NCBI GenBank assembly: GCA_963785725.1
Contig: CAWAWS010000002.1
Coordinates: 160,001-224,000 of the forward strand
Source of the DNA: an uncultured delta proteobacterium
Lineage (GTDB): Bacteria; Myxococcota_A; Polyangia; Palsa-1104
Reading direction: 5' to 3'
DNA length: 64,000 bases
Made by a program: the position numbers and the translations under genes. Each line of letters opens with the position of its first letter. Within the stretch, counting starts at the first letter, position 1. The notes beneath the pieces were generated by a model, which saw nothing but the letters and a program-made list of their open reading frames with translations, did no database searches and had not been told where the DNA came from. This document shows positions 10,558 through 20,428 of the stretch, piece after piece.

Positions 10558-11747
10558 GCGCCTCTCACGACGCGCCCGCCCTGTCGCGCGAGCCGTTTAC
10601 GGCCGGTGGCCAGGTCATGACGATCGCCGCCGCCATCGGCGTCCTCGGCATCCTCGGCTGGGCGGCCATGTTGTTCACCGGCGGCACCGAGCGCGCGATG
10701 TACTCGTGGCTGTGGGCCTTCATGTACTGGCTGACGCCGGCGCTGGGCGCGCTCGGCTGGCTGTGCGCGTTCAACGCGGCCAAGGCCAAGTGGATCATCC
10801 TGCCGCGCCGCGCGCTCGAGTCGATCGCCAACGTCGCGCCGATCTTCATCCTGCTCTTCATCCCGCTCGTGCTCACGATGAAGACGCTCTACCCGTGGAT
10901 GAACCCGGAAGCGGCCGACGAAGAGACGCGCCGCCTCTATGAACACCGCGAAGTGTGGCTGAACCACACGTTCTTCCTCGTTCGCGCGGTCATCTACTTC
11001 GCGGTCTTCGTCGGCGTCGGTCACTTCATCCACAAGTGGTCGGTGGAGCAGGACGGCGGCGGCAAGCCGATGAACACGGCGCGCGCCTGGCGCCTCGGCC
11101 CCGGCGCGATGCCGCTGCTCGGCTTCGCCATCAGCTTCGCCGCGTTCGATTGGATGATGTCGACGAGCCCGAGCTTCTACTCGTCGATGTTCGGTCTCTA
11201 CATCGTCGGCGGCAGCGCGATGGCCGCGATGTGCGTGTGGATCCTCGTCAACGTCTGGGCGAAGACGCCGATCAACGGCAACCACCTGCACTCGATGGGC
11301 AAGCTGATGTTCGCCTTCATGTGCTTCTGGGCCTACACCGGCTTCTCGCAGTTCATGCTCATCTGGATCGCCGACATCCCGGACGAGACGCCCTACTTTC
11401 ACCAGCGCATCTGGACCGACTGGAAGTATCTCAGCTACTTCCTGGTCGCGTTCCACTTCGTGATTCCGTTCATCATCCTGCTGTCGAAGCGCCTGAAGTT
11501 CTCCAAGGGTCGCCTGTCGTTCATGGCGATCTGGCTCTTGATCACGCACGCCGTCGACCTCTACTGGATCGTGTTGCCGCAGTTCTCGGGCAACGCCGAC
11601 GGTCCGCACGTCGCCGTCTCGGACATCGCGGCCTTCGTCGGCGTCGGCGGCATCGCCATCGCGACGCTGATCTGGCGCATGCGCGGCAAGAACCTGGTCG
11701 CCATCGGTGACCCCTACCTCGCAGCCTCGATGGAGTATCACCCGTGA
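10554..11747 (+). CDS. actF: Alternative complex III subunit F (polytopic membrane protein)
   Basis: ATGA overlap with actE; FDWMMS..FYSSMFG, FWAYTGFSQFMLIW, DLYWIVLP. Confidence 0.9.
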   Translation: MSASHDAPALSREPFTAGGQVMTIAAAIGVLGILGWAAMLFTGGTERAMYSWLWAFMYWLTPALGALGWLCAFNAAKAKWIILPRRALESIANVAPIFILLFIPLVLTMKTLYPWMNPEAADEETRRLYEHREVWLNHTFFLVRAVIYFAVFVGVGHFIHKWSVEQDGGGKPMNTARAWRLGPGAMPLLGFAISFAAFDWMMSTSPSFYSSMFGLYIVGGSAMAAMCVWILVNVWAKTPINGNHLHSMGKLMFAFMCFWAYTGFSQFMLIWIADIPDETPYFHQRIWTDWKYLSYFLVAFHFVIPFIILLSKRLKFSKGRLSFMAIWLLITHAVDLYWIVLPQFSGNADGPHVAVSDIAAFVGVGGIAIATLIWRMRGKNLVAIGDPYLAASMEYHP

Positions 11748-12112
11748 GCGGCCATCCGGTTCAAGAGGAAGATCGCATCCCAGTCGGCAAGATCGTGCTC
11801 GTCGCGGTGGTGTCGCTGGCGGTGTTCGCGATCGGCGTCGTCTGGTCGGTCTCGATTCAGCGCAGCGAGAATCAGACGATCGTGCAGTGGCACAAGCCGG
11901 CCGGTCCCGATCAGACGGGCAAGCCGGAGGTCGGCATCGTCTATCAGCTGCCGTTCAACAAGAGCGCTTACGCCGAGGACAAGAAGGCGGAGAAGCAGCT
12001 CTGGCTGAACCACTACGGCTGGACGGACAAGGCCAAGGGCACGGTTCATGTGCCGATCGAGACGGCCATTCAGAAGTACGTTTCGCAAGCGGGCGCTGGA
12101 GCCGGCAAGTGA
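11744..12112 (+). CDS. Small single-TM protein, probable ActG-like subunit
   Basis: One TM helix; LNHYGWTD...VHVPIETAI resembles ActG; lies between actF and SCO. Confidence 0.65.
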   Translation: MSGHPVQEEDRIPVGKIVLVAVVSLAVFAIGVVWSVSIQRSENQTIVQWHKPAGPDQTGKPEVGIVYQLPFNKSAYAEDKKAEKQLWLNHYGWTDKAKGTVHVPIETAIQKYVSQAGAGAGK

Positions 12113-12909
12113 AGCGCGTTCTCGTCGCTGCCACGCTGCTCGCCGCTGCGACTCCGGCCTTTTCGCTGGAGCCGTTGCCCGAGAGCGTGAACATCGTCGA
12201 GAAGCTGGGCGATCGCGTGCCCAAAGATCTGGCGTTCACCGACGAGAACGGCCGCAAGGTCACGCTCGGCGACTATCTGCACGACGGGAAGCCGGTGCTG
12301 TTGGCGCCCGTCTATTACAAGTGCCCGCTGTTGTGCTCGCTCACGCTCAACGGGCTCGTCTCGGCGCTGCGCCAGCAGTCGTGGCAGGTCGGCAATCAGT
12401 TCCGCGTCATCGCCGTCAGCTTCGATCCGGCCGAGACGCCCGAGCTCGCGCACCAAAAACAGAAGGGCTACCTGGGCGCGCTCGGCCTGCCCGACGACAA
12501 GTCGGCCGGCTGGCCCTTCCTCACCGGCGACGCCGCCAACATCGCCGCGCTCACCGACGCCGTCGGCTTCAAGTATCGCTGGGACGCGGTCAACAAGACG
12601 TGGGACCACACGGCGGCGCTCATCGCGCTGTCGCCCGACGGTAAGATCAGCCGCTATTTGTACGGCGTCACCTATCCACCGAACGACGTCAAGATGTCGC
12701 TCTTCGAGGCCGCCGGCGGACGCGTCGGTACGGCCTTCGATCGAGTGCTGCTCCGCTGCTATGCCTATGATAATTCCACCAAAAGTTATCGGCTGTTTGC
12801 CGTGCGCTTCATGCGCGCCGGCAGCCTACTCGTGCTGGGGTTGCTCGTGACCTTTCTGACCATATTGTGGCGGCGCGACCTGCGCCGTAGCCGCGCGGAG
12901 GGCGTATGA
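12109..12909 (+). CDS. SCO1/SenC copper chaperone
   Basis: Signal peptide, CPLLC (CxxxC), conserved His (WDH), GKISRYLYG, C-terminal TM helix; GTGA overlap. Confidence 0.92.
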   Translation: MKRVLVAATLLAAATPAFSLEPLPESVNIVEKLGDRVPKDLAFTDENGRKVTLGDYLHDGKPVLLAPVYYKCPLLCSLTLNGLVSALRQQSWQVGNQFRVIAVSFDPAETPELAHQKQKGYLGALGLPDDKSAGWPFLTGDAANIAALTDAVGFKYRWDAVNKTWDHTAALIALSPDGKISRYLYGVTYPPNDVKMSLFEAAGGRVGTAFDRVLLRCYAYDNSTKSYRLFAVRFMRAGSLLVLGLLVTFLTILWRRDLRRSRAEGV

Positions 12910-14018
12910 ACGATCTCCTCCGACGAATGCTCTTTTTGCCGGAGCAGGCGTCGACCATATCGACGCACGTCGACTACCTCCACTACTTCGTCATCATCAC
13001 GACGATGGTGGTCTCGACGATGATTGGCCTCGCCGCGCTCGCCTTCTACGTGAAATATCGTTGGAAGGGTCGCATCGGCGCCAAAGGCGAGCCGGTCTAC
13101 ACCAGCTGGAGCTTGGAGGTGGTGATCATCGGCGCACCAGCCTTCTTCTTCTTGCTGTGGTTCGCCATCGGCTATCGCGACTTCGTGCGGATGCAGACGC
13201 CGCCCGCGAACGCCATGGACGTCTACGTGATGGGCAAGCAGTGGATGTGGAAGTTTGCCTATCCCGAAGGTCCGAACGGCGTGAACGTGCTGCGCGTGCC
13301 GGTCAACCGGCCCGTGCGCTTGTTGATGACGTCGCGCGACGTCATCCACTCGTTCTTCGTGCCGTCCTTCCGCATCAAGATGGACGTCTTGCCGGGTCGC
13401 TACACCGAGACCTGGTTCGAGGCCACGATGACCGGCCGCTTCCCCGTCTTCTGCACGGAGATGTGCGGCACCGGTCACTCGACGATGCGCGCCGAAGTCA
13501 TCGTCATGACGCAAGACGAGTTCGACAACTGGATGCGCGAGCAGAAGGACCAGACTCGCCAGCGCCAGAAAGACGGCACCAAGACGCACTACGAAGACAA
13601 GTGGCCGCAGGCGACGATGGCGGAGATCGGCCAGAAGATCTCCGAGTCGGCCGGCTGCTTCAAGTGCCACTCCGTCGACGGCTCGCCGCACATCGGCCCG
13701 ACGTGGCTCGACATGTACCGCCGCATCGAGACGATGCAGGACGGCTCGCTCGTGGTCGCCGACGAGGAGTACATCACCGAGTCGATGATGGAGCCGAAGC
13801 TGAAGCAGGTGCAGGGCTATCAGCTGGTCATGCCCGCTTACAAGGGTCGACTGGAAGGACCGGAGTCGGCGGCCATCGTCGAGTACATCAAGACGTTGCG
13901 CTCGACGAATCCTGATCGGCAGCGCGACAAGGGTCCGCTGTTCGACAGCAAGCCTGGAATCGAAGTGCAGCCTGGCAATGGCTCGATCGAAGTTCGTACT
14001 GGAGGAGCAGCGCAATGA
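12906..14018 (+). CDS. coxB: Cytochrome c oxidase subunit II with fused cytochrome c (caa3 type)
   Basis: KQWMWKF, DVIHSF, CuA motif CTEMCGTGHSTM, C-terminal CFKCH heme site. Confidence 0.95.
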   Translation: MNDLLRRMLFLPEQASTISTHVDYLHYFVIITTMVVSTMIGLAALAFYVKYRWKGRIGAKGEPVYTSWSLEVVIIGAPAFFFLLWFAIGYRDFVRMQTPPANAMDVYVMGKQWMWKFAYPEGPNGVNVLRVPVNRPVRLLMTSRDVIHSFFVPSFRIKMDVLPGRYTETWFEATMTGRFPVFCTEMCGTGHSTMRAEVIVMTQDEFDNWMREQKDQTRQRQKDGTKTHYEDKWPQATMAEIGQKISESAGCFKCHSVDGSPHIGPTWLDMYRRIETMQDGSLVVADEEYITESMMEPKLKQVQGYQLVMPAYKGRLEGPESAAIVEYIKTLRSTNPDRQRDKGPLFDSKPGIEVQPGNGSIEVRTGGAAQ

Positions 14019-15709
14019 GTAACGTGCCGGCCGCGGCGGCTGCGGAAGCTCCGTCCGAGCCCCTGAACTACCTGAATTGCGAGACCGGGCTCAAGTCCTG
14101 GCTCCTGACGAAAGACCACAAGCGCATTGGCTTGATGTTCTTGGCCAGCGTCTGCGTCGCGCTCTTTCTCGGCGGCATCTTCGCCATGCTCATCCGCGTC
14201 GAGCTGTTGACGCCGGACGAGACGATCATGACGGCGCAGACCTACAACCGCATGTTCACGCTGCACGGCGTGGTCATGATCTTCTTGTTCATGATTCCGG
14301 CGATTCCGTCGGGCTTCGGTAACTTCATCCTGCCGATGATGCTCGGCGCCGAAGACGTCGCCTTTCCGCGGCTGAACCTGGCGTCGTTCTACATCTACCT
14401 CGCCGGCGCGTCGTTCGCGCTGTGGGGCATGATTCACGGCGGCGCCGACACCGGCTGGACGTTCTACACGCCCTACTCCACCACGACGTTCACCAAGGTC
14501 GTGCCGATCCTCTTGGGCGCCTTCATCATCGGCTTCTCGTCGATCGCGACCGGTATCAACTTCATCGTCACCGTCCACACGATGCGCGGCCCGGGCCTGA
14601 CCTGGAACAAGCTGCCGCTCTTCGTCTGGTCGATCTACGCGACGTCGGTCATCCAGGTCCTGGCGACGCCGGTCCTCGGCATCACGGTGCTCTTGACCGC
14701 GATCGAGCACGCCTTCGGGTTCGGCATCTTCGACCCCGCGCACGGCGGCGACCCGGTGCTCTTCCAGCACATGTTCTGGTTCTACTCGCACCCGGCCGTC
14801 TACATCATGGTACTGCCGGCCATGGCCGTCATGTCGGAGGTCGTCCCGACCTTCGCGCGCAAGAACATCTTCGGCTACAAGGCGATCGCGTACTCGTCGG
14901 TCGGCATCGCGCTCGTCGGCTTCTTCGCCTGGGGCCACCACCTGTTCGTCTCGGGCCAGTCGACGTTCAACGCCGGCGTCTTCGGCGTCATCTCGATGCT
15001 CGTCGGCGTCTTCACCGCCATCAAGGTCTTCAACTGGGTCGGCACGCTCTACAAGGGCCGCATCCGCTTCTCGACGCCGTTCGCTTACTTCTGCGGCTTC
15101 ATCTACCTGCTCGTGTTCGGCGGCATGACCGGCGTCGCCTTGGCGACGGTCTCGCTCGACGTGCACTGGACCGACACCTACTTCGTCATCGCGCACTTCC
15201 ACTTCATCATGGTCGGCGCGACGATCATGGCCTTCTTGGCGGCGCTGCACTACTGGTTCCCCAAGATGTTCGGCAAGACCTACTCCGAAGGTTGGGGCCT
15301 GGTCTCGGCGGCGCTCATCATCCTCGGCTTCAACGCGACGTTCATTCCGCAGTTCTTGCTCGGCAACATGGGCATGCCGCGTCGCTACTGGAGCTACCCG
15401 GCGGAATTCCAGGCGCTGAACGTCGCCTCGACGGCGGGCGCGACCCTGCTCGCCTTCGGCTTCGTCATCATTCTCATCTACCTCATCGTCGCGCTCATGC
15501 ACGGCGAGAAGGTCGGCCGCAATCCGTGGGGCTCGCGCGGCTACGAGTGGAACTCGCCGTCGCCGCCGCCCAAGAACAACTTCGACGCGCCGCAGATCTT
15601 CGACCATCCGCCGCACGATTACGACTCGGAAGGTCACGAAGCGGAGAGCCAGACCGAAGTCCACGGTGGAACCGAACACGGTCACAAGGATCAGGACCAA
15701 AATGTCTGA
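14015..15709 (+). CDS. coxA: Cytochrome c oxidase subunit I, type A2
   Basis: DHKRIG, FTLHG, FWFYSHPAVY (YS pair diagnostic of A2), WGHH, AHFH, GMPRR. Confidence 0.97.
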   Translation: MSNVPAAAAAEAPSEPLNYLNCETGLKSWLLTKDHKRIGLMFLASVCVALFLGGIFAMLIRVELLTPDETIMTAQTYNRMFTLHGVVMIFLFMIPAIPSGFGNFILPMMLGAEDVAFPRLNLASFYIYLAGASFALWGMIHGGADTGWTFYTPYSTTTFTKVVPILLGAFIIGFSSIATGINFIVTVHTMRGPGLTWNKLPLFVWSIYATSVIQVLATPVLGITVLLTAIEHAFGFGIFDPAHGGDPVLFQHMFWFYSHPAVYIMVLPAMAVMSEVVPTFARKNIFGYKAIAYSSVGIALVGFFAWGHHLFVSGQSTFNAGVFGVISMLVGVFTAIKVFNWVGTLYKGRIRFSTPFAYFCGFIYLLVFGGMTGVALATVSLDVHWTDTYFVIAHFHFIMVGATIMAFLAALHYWFPKMFGKTYSEGWGLVSAALIILGFNATFIPQFLLGNMGMPRRYWSYPAEFQALNVASTAGATLLAFGFVIILIYLIVALMHGEKVGRNPWGSRGYEWNSPSPPPKNNFDAPQIFDHPPHDYDSEGHEAESQTEVHGGTEHGHKDQDQNV

Positions 15710-16370
15710 GCACGCCGGAGCACACGACGACGGGCACGGCGCGAGCCACCCGCGTCTGCAGCATCACTTTCAGGACATGCGCACGCAGCAGCACGCGGTG
15801 CGCCTCGGGATGTGGCTGTTCTTGGCGACGGAGATCCTGCTCTTCGGCGGGCTCTTCTGCGCTTACTCGGCCTATCGCACGCTCTATCCGCTGGCGTGGC
15901 ACGACTGCTCGGAGCACTTGAACCGGCCGTTCGGCCTGCTCGAGACCTTCGACCTCATCACCTCGTCGTTCACGATGGTGATGGGCATCCACTTCGTGCG
16001 CCTGGGCAAGAAGAACGTCGCCGTCGTCTTCCTGCTCTTGACCCTGTTCATGGGTCTCGGCTTCCTCGGCCTACACAGCTACGAGTACTACCACGAGTGG
16101 TTGGAAGGCGCGCTGCCGGGCAAGTACTACCACTTCGAAGAGGTCAAGGCGACGGGCGCCCCGATGTTCTACGCCGTCTACTTCCTCATGACCGGTCTGC
16201 ACTCGGCGCACGTGATCATCGGCGCCGGTGTCATCGCCACGCTGACTTACTTCACATGGCGCGGCGACTACGACGCGTCCTACGATCACCCGGTCGACCT
16301 CGGCGGCCTCTACTGGCACTTGGTCGATCTCATCTGGATCTTCCTCTTCCCGCTTTTGTACTTGGTCTAA
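15702..16370 (+). CDS. coxC: Cytochrome c oxidase subunit III
   Basis: GMWLFLATEILLFGGLF, MTGLHSAHV, GLYWHLVDLIW. Confidence 0.95.
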   Translation: MSEHAGAHDDGHGASHPRLQHHFQDMRTQQHAVRLGMWLFLATEILLFGGLFCAYSAYRTLYPLAWHDCSEHLNRPFGLLETFDLITSSFTMVMGIHFVRLGKKNVAVVFLLLTLFMGLGFLGLHSYEYYHEWLEGALPGKYYHFEEVKATGAPMFYAVYFLMTGLHSAHVIIGAGVIATLTYFTWRGDYDASYDHPVDLGGLYWHLVDLIWIFLFPLLYLV

Positions 16371-16391
16371 GGACTGCCCGAGGAAACGCCG

Positions 16392-16742
16392 ATGGCTCAC
16401 GACACGCACGATAAAGGTCACGCTCACGAACACTCGGCCACGATGTATTACGTCACGGCCGGCGTGCTCTATTGCCTCACGGTTCTGACGTTCTTGCTCG
16501 CCCGGCATCCGATGGGCGAGTGGTCGTTCGCCATCGCCATGGCGATCGCTTGCACCAAGGGCATGTTCGTCATTCTCTTCTTCATGCACCTTTGGGATCA
16601 GACGGGACCGAGCCGCTTGACGATGGGCATCGCGGTGTTCTTCGTCCTCTTGCTCATCACGCTCGTCATCTCCGATATGTCGACGCGTTTCCCGCTGGCG
16701 CTGCCGCCCGGGTCGTTCCGCTCGCTCCCGCCGCTCCACTAA
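16392..16742 (+). CDS. coxD: Cytochrome c oxidase subunit IV (caa3-type)
   Basis: Three TM helices, IACTKGMFVILFFMHL motif; last gene of the operon. Confidence 0.88.
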   Translation: MAHDTHDKGHAHEHSATMYYVTAGVLYCLTVLTFLLARHPMGEWSFAIAMAIACTKGMFVILFFMHLWDQTGPSRLTMGIAVFFVLLLITLVISDMSTRFPLALPPGSFRSLPPLH

Positions 16743-16787
16743 GCGCCGCTCTTCGGCCGCCTCGGCCACCTTCGTCACCCCGCTCGT

Positions 16788-16803
16788 TGGCACGCCGACT
16801 GCT
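16788..16803 (+). promoter_or_regulatory. Putative sigma54 (-24/-12) promoter
   Basis: TGGCACGCCGACTGCT: GG-N10-GC spacing with a full TGGCACG box, 13 nt before ATG 16817. Confidence 0.7.
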
Positions 16804-16816
16804 CTAGTAGCCCGGC

Positions 16817-17005
16817 ATGTTCGACATCGACGACTCCGAGAACTTCTCTTCCTCTAGCGAAGACGCGGATATGTACGAGTCTTACCAATTCGACCCCGAG
16901 CAGACCTCCGCTGACGAGGAGCTCGACGGCGACCAGCTGGCCATGCGCGACGCGATGCGTGACATCGTGCATGACGAGGGTCGCTTCGAGCTCTTGATGT
17001 TCTAG
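16817..17005 (+). CDS. Small acidic hypothetical protein (62 aa)
   Basis: Fills an intergenic gap with host-like codons; 20 D/E, 3 R, no K; preceded by a sigma54 motif. Confidence 0.65.
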   Translation: MFDIDDSENFSSSSEDADMYESYQFDPEQTSADEELDGDQLAMRDAMRDIVHDEGRFELLMF

Positions 17006-17065
17006 TTAGCTAGCGTCCTTTCGCGAGACGGTCGGGTCGTGGTACTCTCAGGCCGGGGGTGCACG

Positions 17066-18616
17066 ATGCGTCTCGCTCTCGCCGGCCTCTTCATCTTTGC
17101 CGCCGCTGGCTGTGCGCACGGGCCGTTCGCCGGTCACTCGCCGGGCGCCTGGCGTGAGCTGACCTCGCGCCACTTCGTCCTGCGCACCGACTTGCCGGTG
17201 GGCGACGCGCGCGCGGCGCTGGCCGACTTCGAGCACACCTACGCCGTCTTGCAGGCGCTGGCGTTCGCGACCGATCCGCCGCGCGACCGCATCGACGTCG
17301 TGCTCTTCGGCGACGATCAGCAGTTCCGCCACGTCGCGCCGACGGGCGCCGAAGGCTACTTCATGCCGCGGCAAGTGGCCGATCCCGACCCGCAGTCGAC
17401 GATCGCCATCCACGGCCGCATCCTCTTCTTCGGCGACTTCGTGGAGACGACGCAGCGACGCTTCCGCCACGAGCTGGCGCATCGCTTCCTCGATCATCAC
17501 GTGCGCTGGTCGCCGCCGTGGCTCGAAGAGGGCCTGGCCGAGTACTACTCGACGCTGAAGATGGAGCGGCGCAACGAAGCGGTCGTCGGCACGCTGCACA
17601 ACGAGAAGATCGTGCGCATCGACATTCGCTCCAGCATCTCGTTGGCGCAAGGGCTCGACGAAGAGCGCGTCGACTTCAAGCAGCTGCCGACGGCGCACGA
17701 GCTCTTGAACGCCGACTACACGACGTTTCATCAGCCGCAGCACGAGGTCGCCTATTACGCCGGCTCGTGGGTGTTCGTGCACATGCTGCTGAACGGGCCG
17801 TACGGCTACGCCGATCGCTTCGTGCGCTTCATGGATCTGCTGTCGGCCGGCGAGCAGCCGCCGCAGGCGTGGCGCCAGGCGTTCGAAGGCGTGTCGCTCG
17901 ACCGGCTGCAGCAGCAGTTCCGCCAGTACCTCCTGCGCGAGCAGATGGATGAGCGCGCGCTGACCATCACGACGCCGCCCGTGACCGAGCCCGACAGCGT
18001 GCGCCAGATGCGTCCCGACGAGCTGCACCTCATGCTGGCGCGCATTCGCCCGTGGGATTCGCGCGAGAGCATCCTGGCCGCGGGCGCCGAGCTGGCGCAG
18101 GCGCGCCACTTGGCGGGCGACACGCCGTCGGCCGAGCTGCGCTTCTGGAGCGCGCTCTACGACGTGCGCTGGCGCCGCTTCGGCGAAGCCGAGCGTGAGG
18201 CGCGCGCGGCGTTGGCGCAGGAGCCGAGCCAGCCGCGCTATTGGCTGCTCTTGTGCGAGCTGTTGTCGCGCCACGATCGGGTGACGCCGAGCCTCCCGGC
18301 GCCGACGATGGTGCCCGATCCGGCGCTGGCGCCGGCGACCGACGCCGAGGAGCTCGACGACGCCGTGGCCCATTTACGGCCGCTGGCGCGCTCGGCGCAG
18401 GCGCTCAACTTCTTGGCGCGCTACTACTCCGATCGCGGCCGCGTCGACGAGGGGCTGCCGTTCGCCCGGCGCGCGGTGGCCACCGAGCACGGCTGCTGGG
18501 AGTGCGCCGACACGCTGGCGCAGCTGCAGCAGCATTCGACGACGCACAGCGGGACGGCGACCTCGCCCGAGACAGCGCCCGACCCGACCACCAAGCACGA
18601 CGTCCTCGACCTGTAA
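17066..18616 (+). CDS. Lipoprotein with zincin-like (DUF1570-type) domain and C-terminal TPR-like helices
   Basis: Lipobox AAGC; HELAH followed by PPWLEEGLAEY; helical repeats toward the C-terminus. Confidence 0.75.
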   Translation: MRLALAGLFIFAAAGCAHGPFAGHSPGAWRELTSRHFVLRTDLPVGDARAALADFEHTYAVLQALAFATDPPRDRIDVVLFGDDQQFRHVAPTGAEGYFMPRQVADPDPQSTIAIHGRILFFGDFVETTQRRFRHELAHRFLDHHVRWSPPWLEEGLAEYYSTLKMERRNEAVVGTLHNEKIVRIDIRSSISLAQGLDEERVDFKQLPTAHELLNADYTTFHQPQHEVAYYAGSWVFVHMLLNGPYGYADRFVRFMDLLSAGEQPPQAWRQAFEGVSLDRLQQQFRQYLLREQMDERALTITTPPVTEPDSVRQMRPDELHLMLARIRPWDSRESILAAGAELAQARHLAGDTPSAELRFWSALYDVRWRRFGEAEREARAALAQEPSQPRYWLLLCELLSRHDRVTPSLPAPTMVPDPALAPATDAEELDDAVAHLRPLARSAQALNFLARYYSDRGRVDEGLPFARRAVATEHGCWECADTLAQLQQHSTTHSGTATSPETAPDPTTKHDVLDL

Positions 18617-18658
18617 CTCCGCTCGCGACGGCGACTTCGTTGGACTAAGTTCTTGGTC

Positions 18659-19642
18659 ATGCGAGCGATCGTCATCGAGCAGCCGGGCGGCCCCGAAGTG
18701 CTCGTCTTGCGCGACGCGCCGACGCCGGAGCCCGGTCGCGGCGAGGTGCGCGTGCGCGTGCGAGCGACCGCGGTCAACCGCGCCGACCTCCTGCAGCGCA
18801 TGGGGCTCTATCCGGCGCCGCCCGACTCGCCGCAGCAGATTCCCGGGCTCGAATATGCGGGCGAGATCGACGCGCTCGGCCCCGGCGTTCTCGGCTGGAA
18901 CGTCGGCGATCGCGTGTTCGGCCTCGTCGGCGGCGGCGCCTACGCCGAGCAGCTCCTGACGCACGCCGAGACGCTGGCGCGGATTCCGCCCAACCTGTCG
19001 TTCGCCGATGCGGCCGCGATCCCCGAGGCGTTCATCACCGCCTGGGACGCGATGGTCGCGCAGGCCGGCCTCGGCGCGGGCGAGACCGTGCTCGTGCACG
19101 CGGTGGGCTCGGGCGTCGGCACAGCCGCCGTCCAGATCGCCCGCGCGCTGTCGGCTCGCGCGCTCGGCACGGCGCGCACGGCGTCGAAGCTGGCGCGCGC
19201 CGGCAAGCTCGGCATGGATCGCGGCTTCGCCGTCGAGAACGGCAAGTTCGCCGACGACGTCCTGCGCGCCACCGAAGGCCGCGGCGTCGACGTCGTGCTC
19301 GAGCTCGTCGGCGGGCCCTATTTGGCCGAAGATCTATTGTGCGCGGCGTCGCGAGCGCGCCTCGTCCTCGTCGGCATGATGGGCGGCACGCGCGCCGAGC
19401 TCGACCAGACGCTCATCATGCGCAAGCGCCTCACGATCATGGGCACGCAGCTGCGCAATCGACCGCTGGGCGAGAAGATCGCCGTCGGGCAAACGTTCGC
19501 GCGCCACATCGTGCCGCTGGTGGCGTCGGGCGCGCTGCAGCCGATCGTCGAGCGCGTGTTTCCGCTCGCCGAGGCCGCGGCCGCGCACCAGGCGATGGCC
19601 GCCAACGACGGCTTCGGCAAGCTGGTCCTGACCGTCGATTGA
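18659..19642 (+). CDS. NAD(P)H:quinone oxidoreductase, PIG3/zeta-crystallin family
   Basis: AVNRADLLQR, PGLEYAG, GGGAYAE, GSGVGTAAVQ, GKLVL. Confidence 0.92.
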   Translation: MRAIVIEQPGGPEVLVLRDAPTPEPGRGEVRVRVRATAVNRADLLQRMGLYPAPPDSPQQIPGLEYAGEIDALGPGVLGWNVGDRVFGLVGGGAYAEQLLTHAETLARIPPNLSFADAAAIPEAFITAWDAMVAQAGLGAGETVLVHAVGSGVGTAAVQIARALSARALGTARTASKLARAGKLGMDRGFAVENGKFADDVLRATEGRGVDVVLELVGGPYLAEDLLCAASRARLVLVGMMGGTRAELDQTLIMRKRLTIMGTQLRNRPLGEKIAVGQTFARHIVPLVASGALQPIVERVFPLAEAAAAHQAMAANDGFGKLVLTVD

Positions 19643-19673
19643 CGCGGCGGCGCCGACGACTTATCGATAGAAC

Positions 19674-20396
19674 GTGATCCCACTTCCCATCAGCGATGAG
19701 AACCCGGCGTCACGTAAGCCGGTCGTGACGATGGCGCTCATCGCGCTCAACGCCGTCGCCTGGCTGTTCGAGCTGGCGCACGGCGTCGACCTGTCGACGC
19801 TCGAATTCGGCCTCATTCCGCGCTGGATTCTGGCGGGGACGACGAGCGGCGTCTTGGAGCTGCCCGGTTACGCCGCGGTGCAGCTGCAGCAGCCGCTGCC
19901 CTGGCCGGCGACGATCTTGACGTCGATGTTCATGCACGGCAGCTGGATGCACATCATCGGCAACATGTGGTTTCTGTGGATCTTCGGCGACAACGTCGAA
20001 GACGCCATGGGCCGCGGCAAATACGTCGCCTTCTACTTCCTGTGCGGCATCGCGGCGGCGGCGGCGCAGATCGGCAGCGGCCCGTCGTCGCTGGCGCCGA
20101 TGGTGGGCGCCTCCGGCGCCATCGCCGGCGTGCTCGGCGCCTACTTGATGCTCTATCCGCACGCGCGCGTTCGCTGCTTGTGGATCCTCATCATCATCGT
20201 GACGACGATTTACGTGCCCGCGTGGCTGCTGTTGGGCTTGTGGTTCCTGTCGCAGCTCTTCATGCCGGGCCCGGGCGTGGCGTGGATGGCGCACGTCGGC
20301 GGCTTCGTCACCGGCTTTCTGCTGGTGCGGCTGTTCGTGACGAAGAAGCCGCCGCGCCGTCGCGACCGCTTTCCGCCGCTGTTCCAGCGCGCCTGA
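19674..20396 (+). CDS. Rhomboid family intramembrane serine protease
   Basis: SMFMHGSWMHIIGNM, FGDNVED, GASG, AHVGGF. Confidence 0.93.
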   Translation: MIPLPISDENPASRKPVVTMALIALNAVAWLFELAHGVDLSTLEFGLIPRWILAGTTSGVLELPGYAAVQLQQPLPWPATILTSMFMHGSWMHIIGNMWFLWIFGDNVEDAMGRGKYVAFYFLCGIAAAAAQIGSGPSSLAPMVGASGAIAGVLGAYLMLYPHARVRCLWILIIIVTTIYVPAWLLLGLWFLSQLFMPGPGVAWMAHVGGFVTGFLLVRLFVTKKPPRRRDRFPPLFQRA

Positions 20397-20428
20397 CGCG
20401 CGCGCCCGATCGGCGCTAACATCAACGC

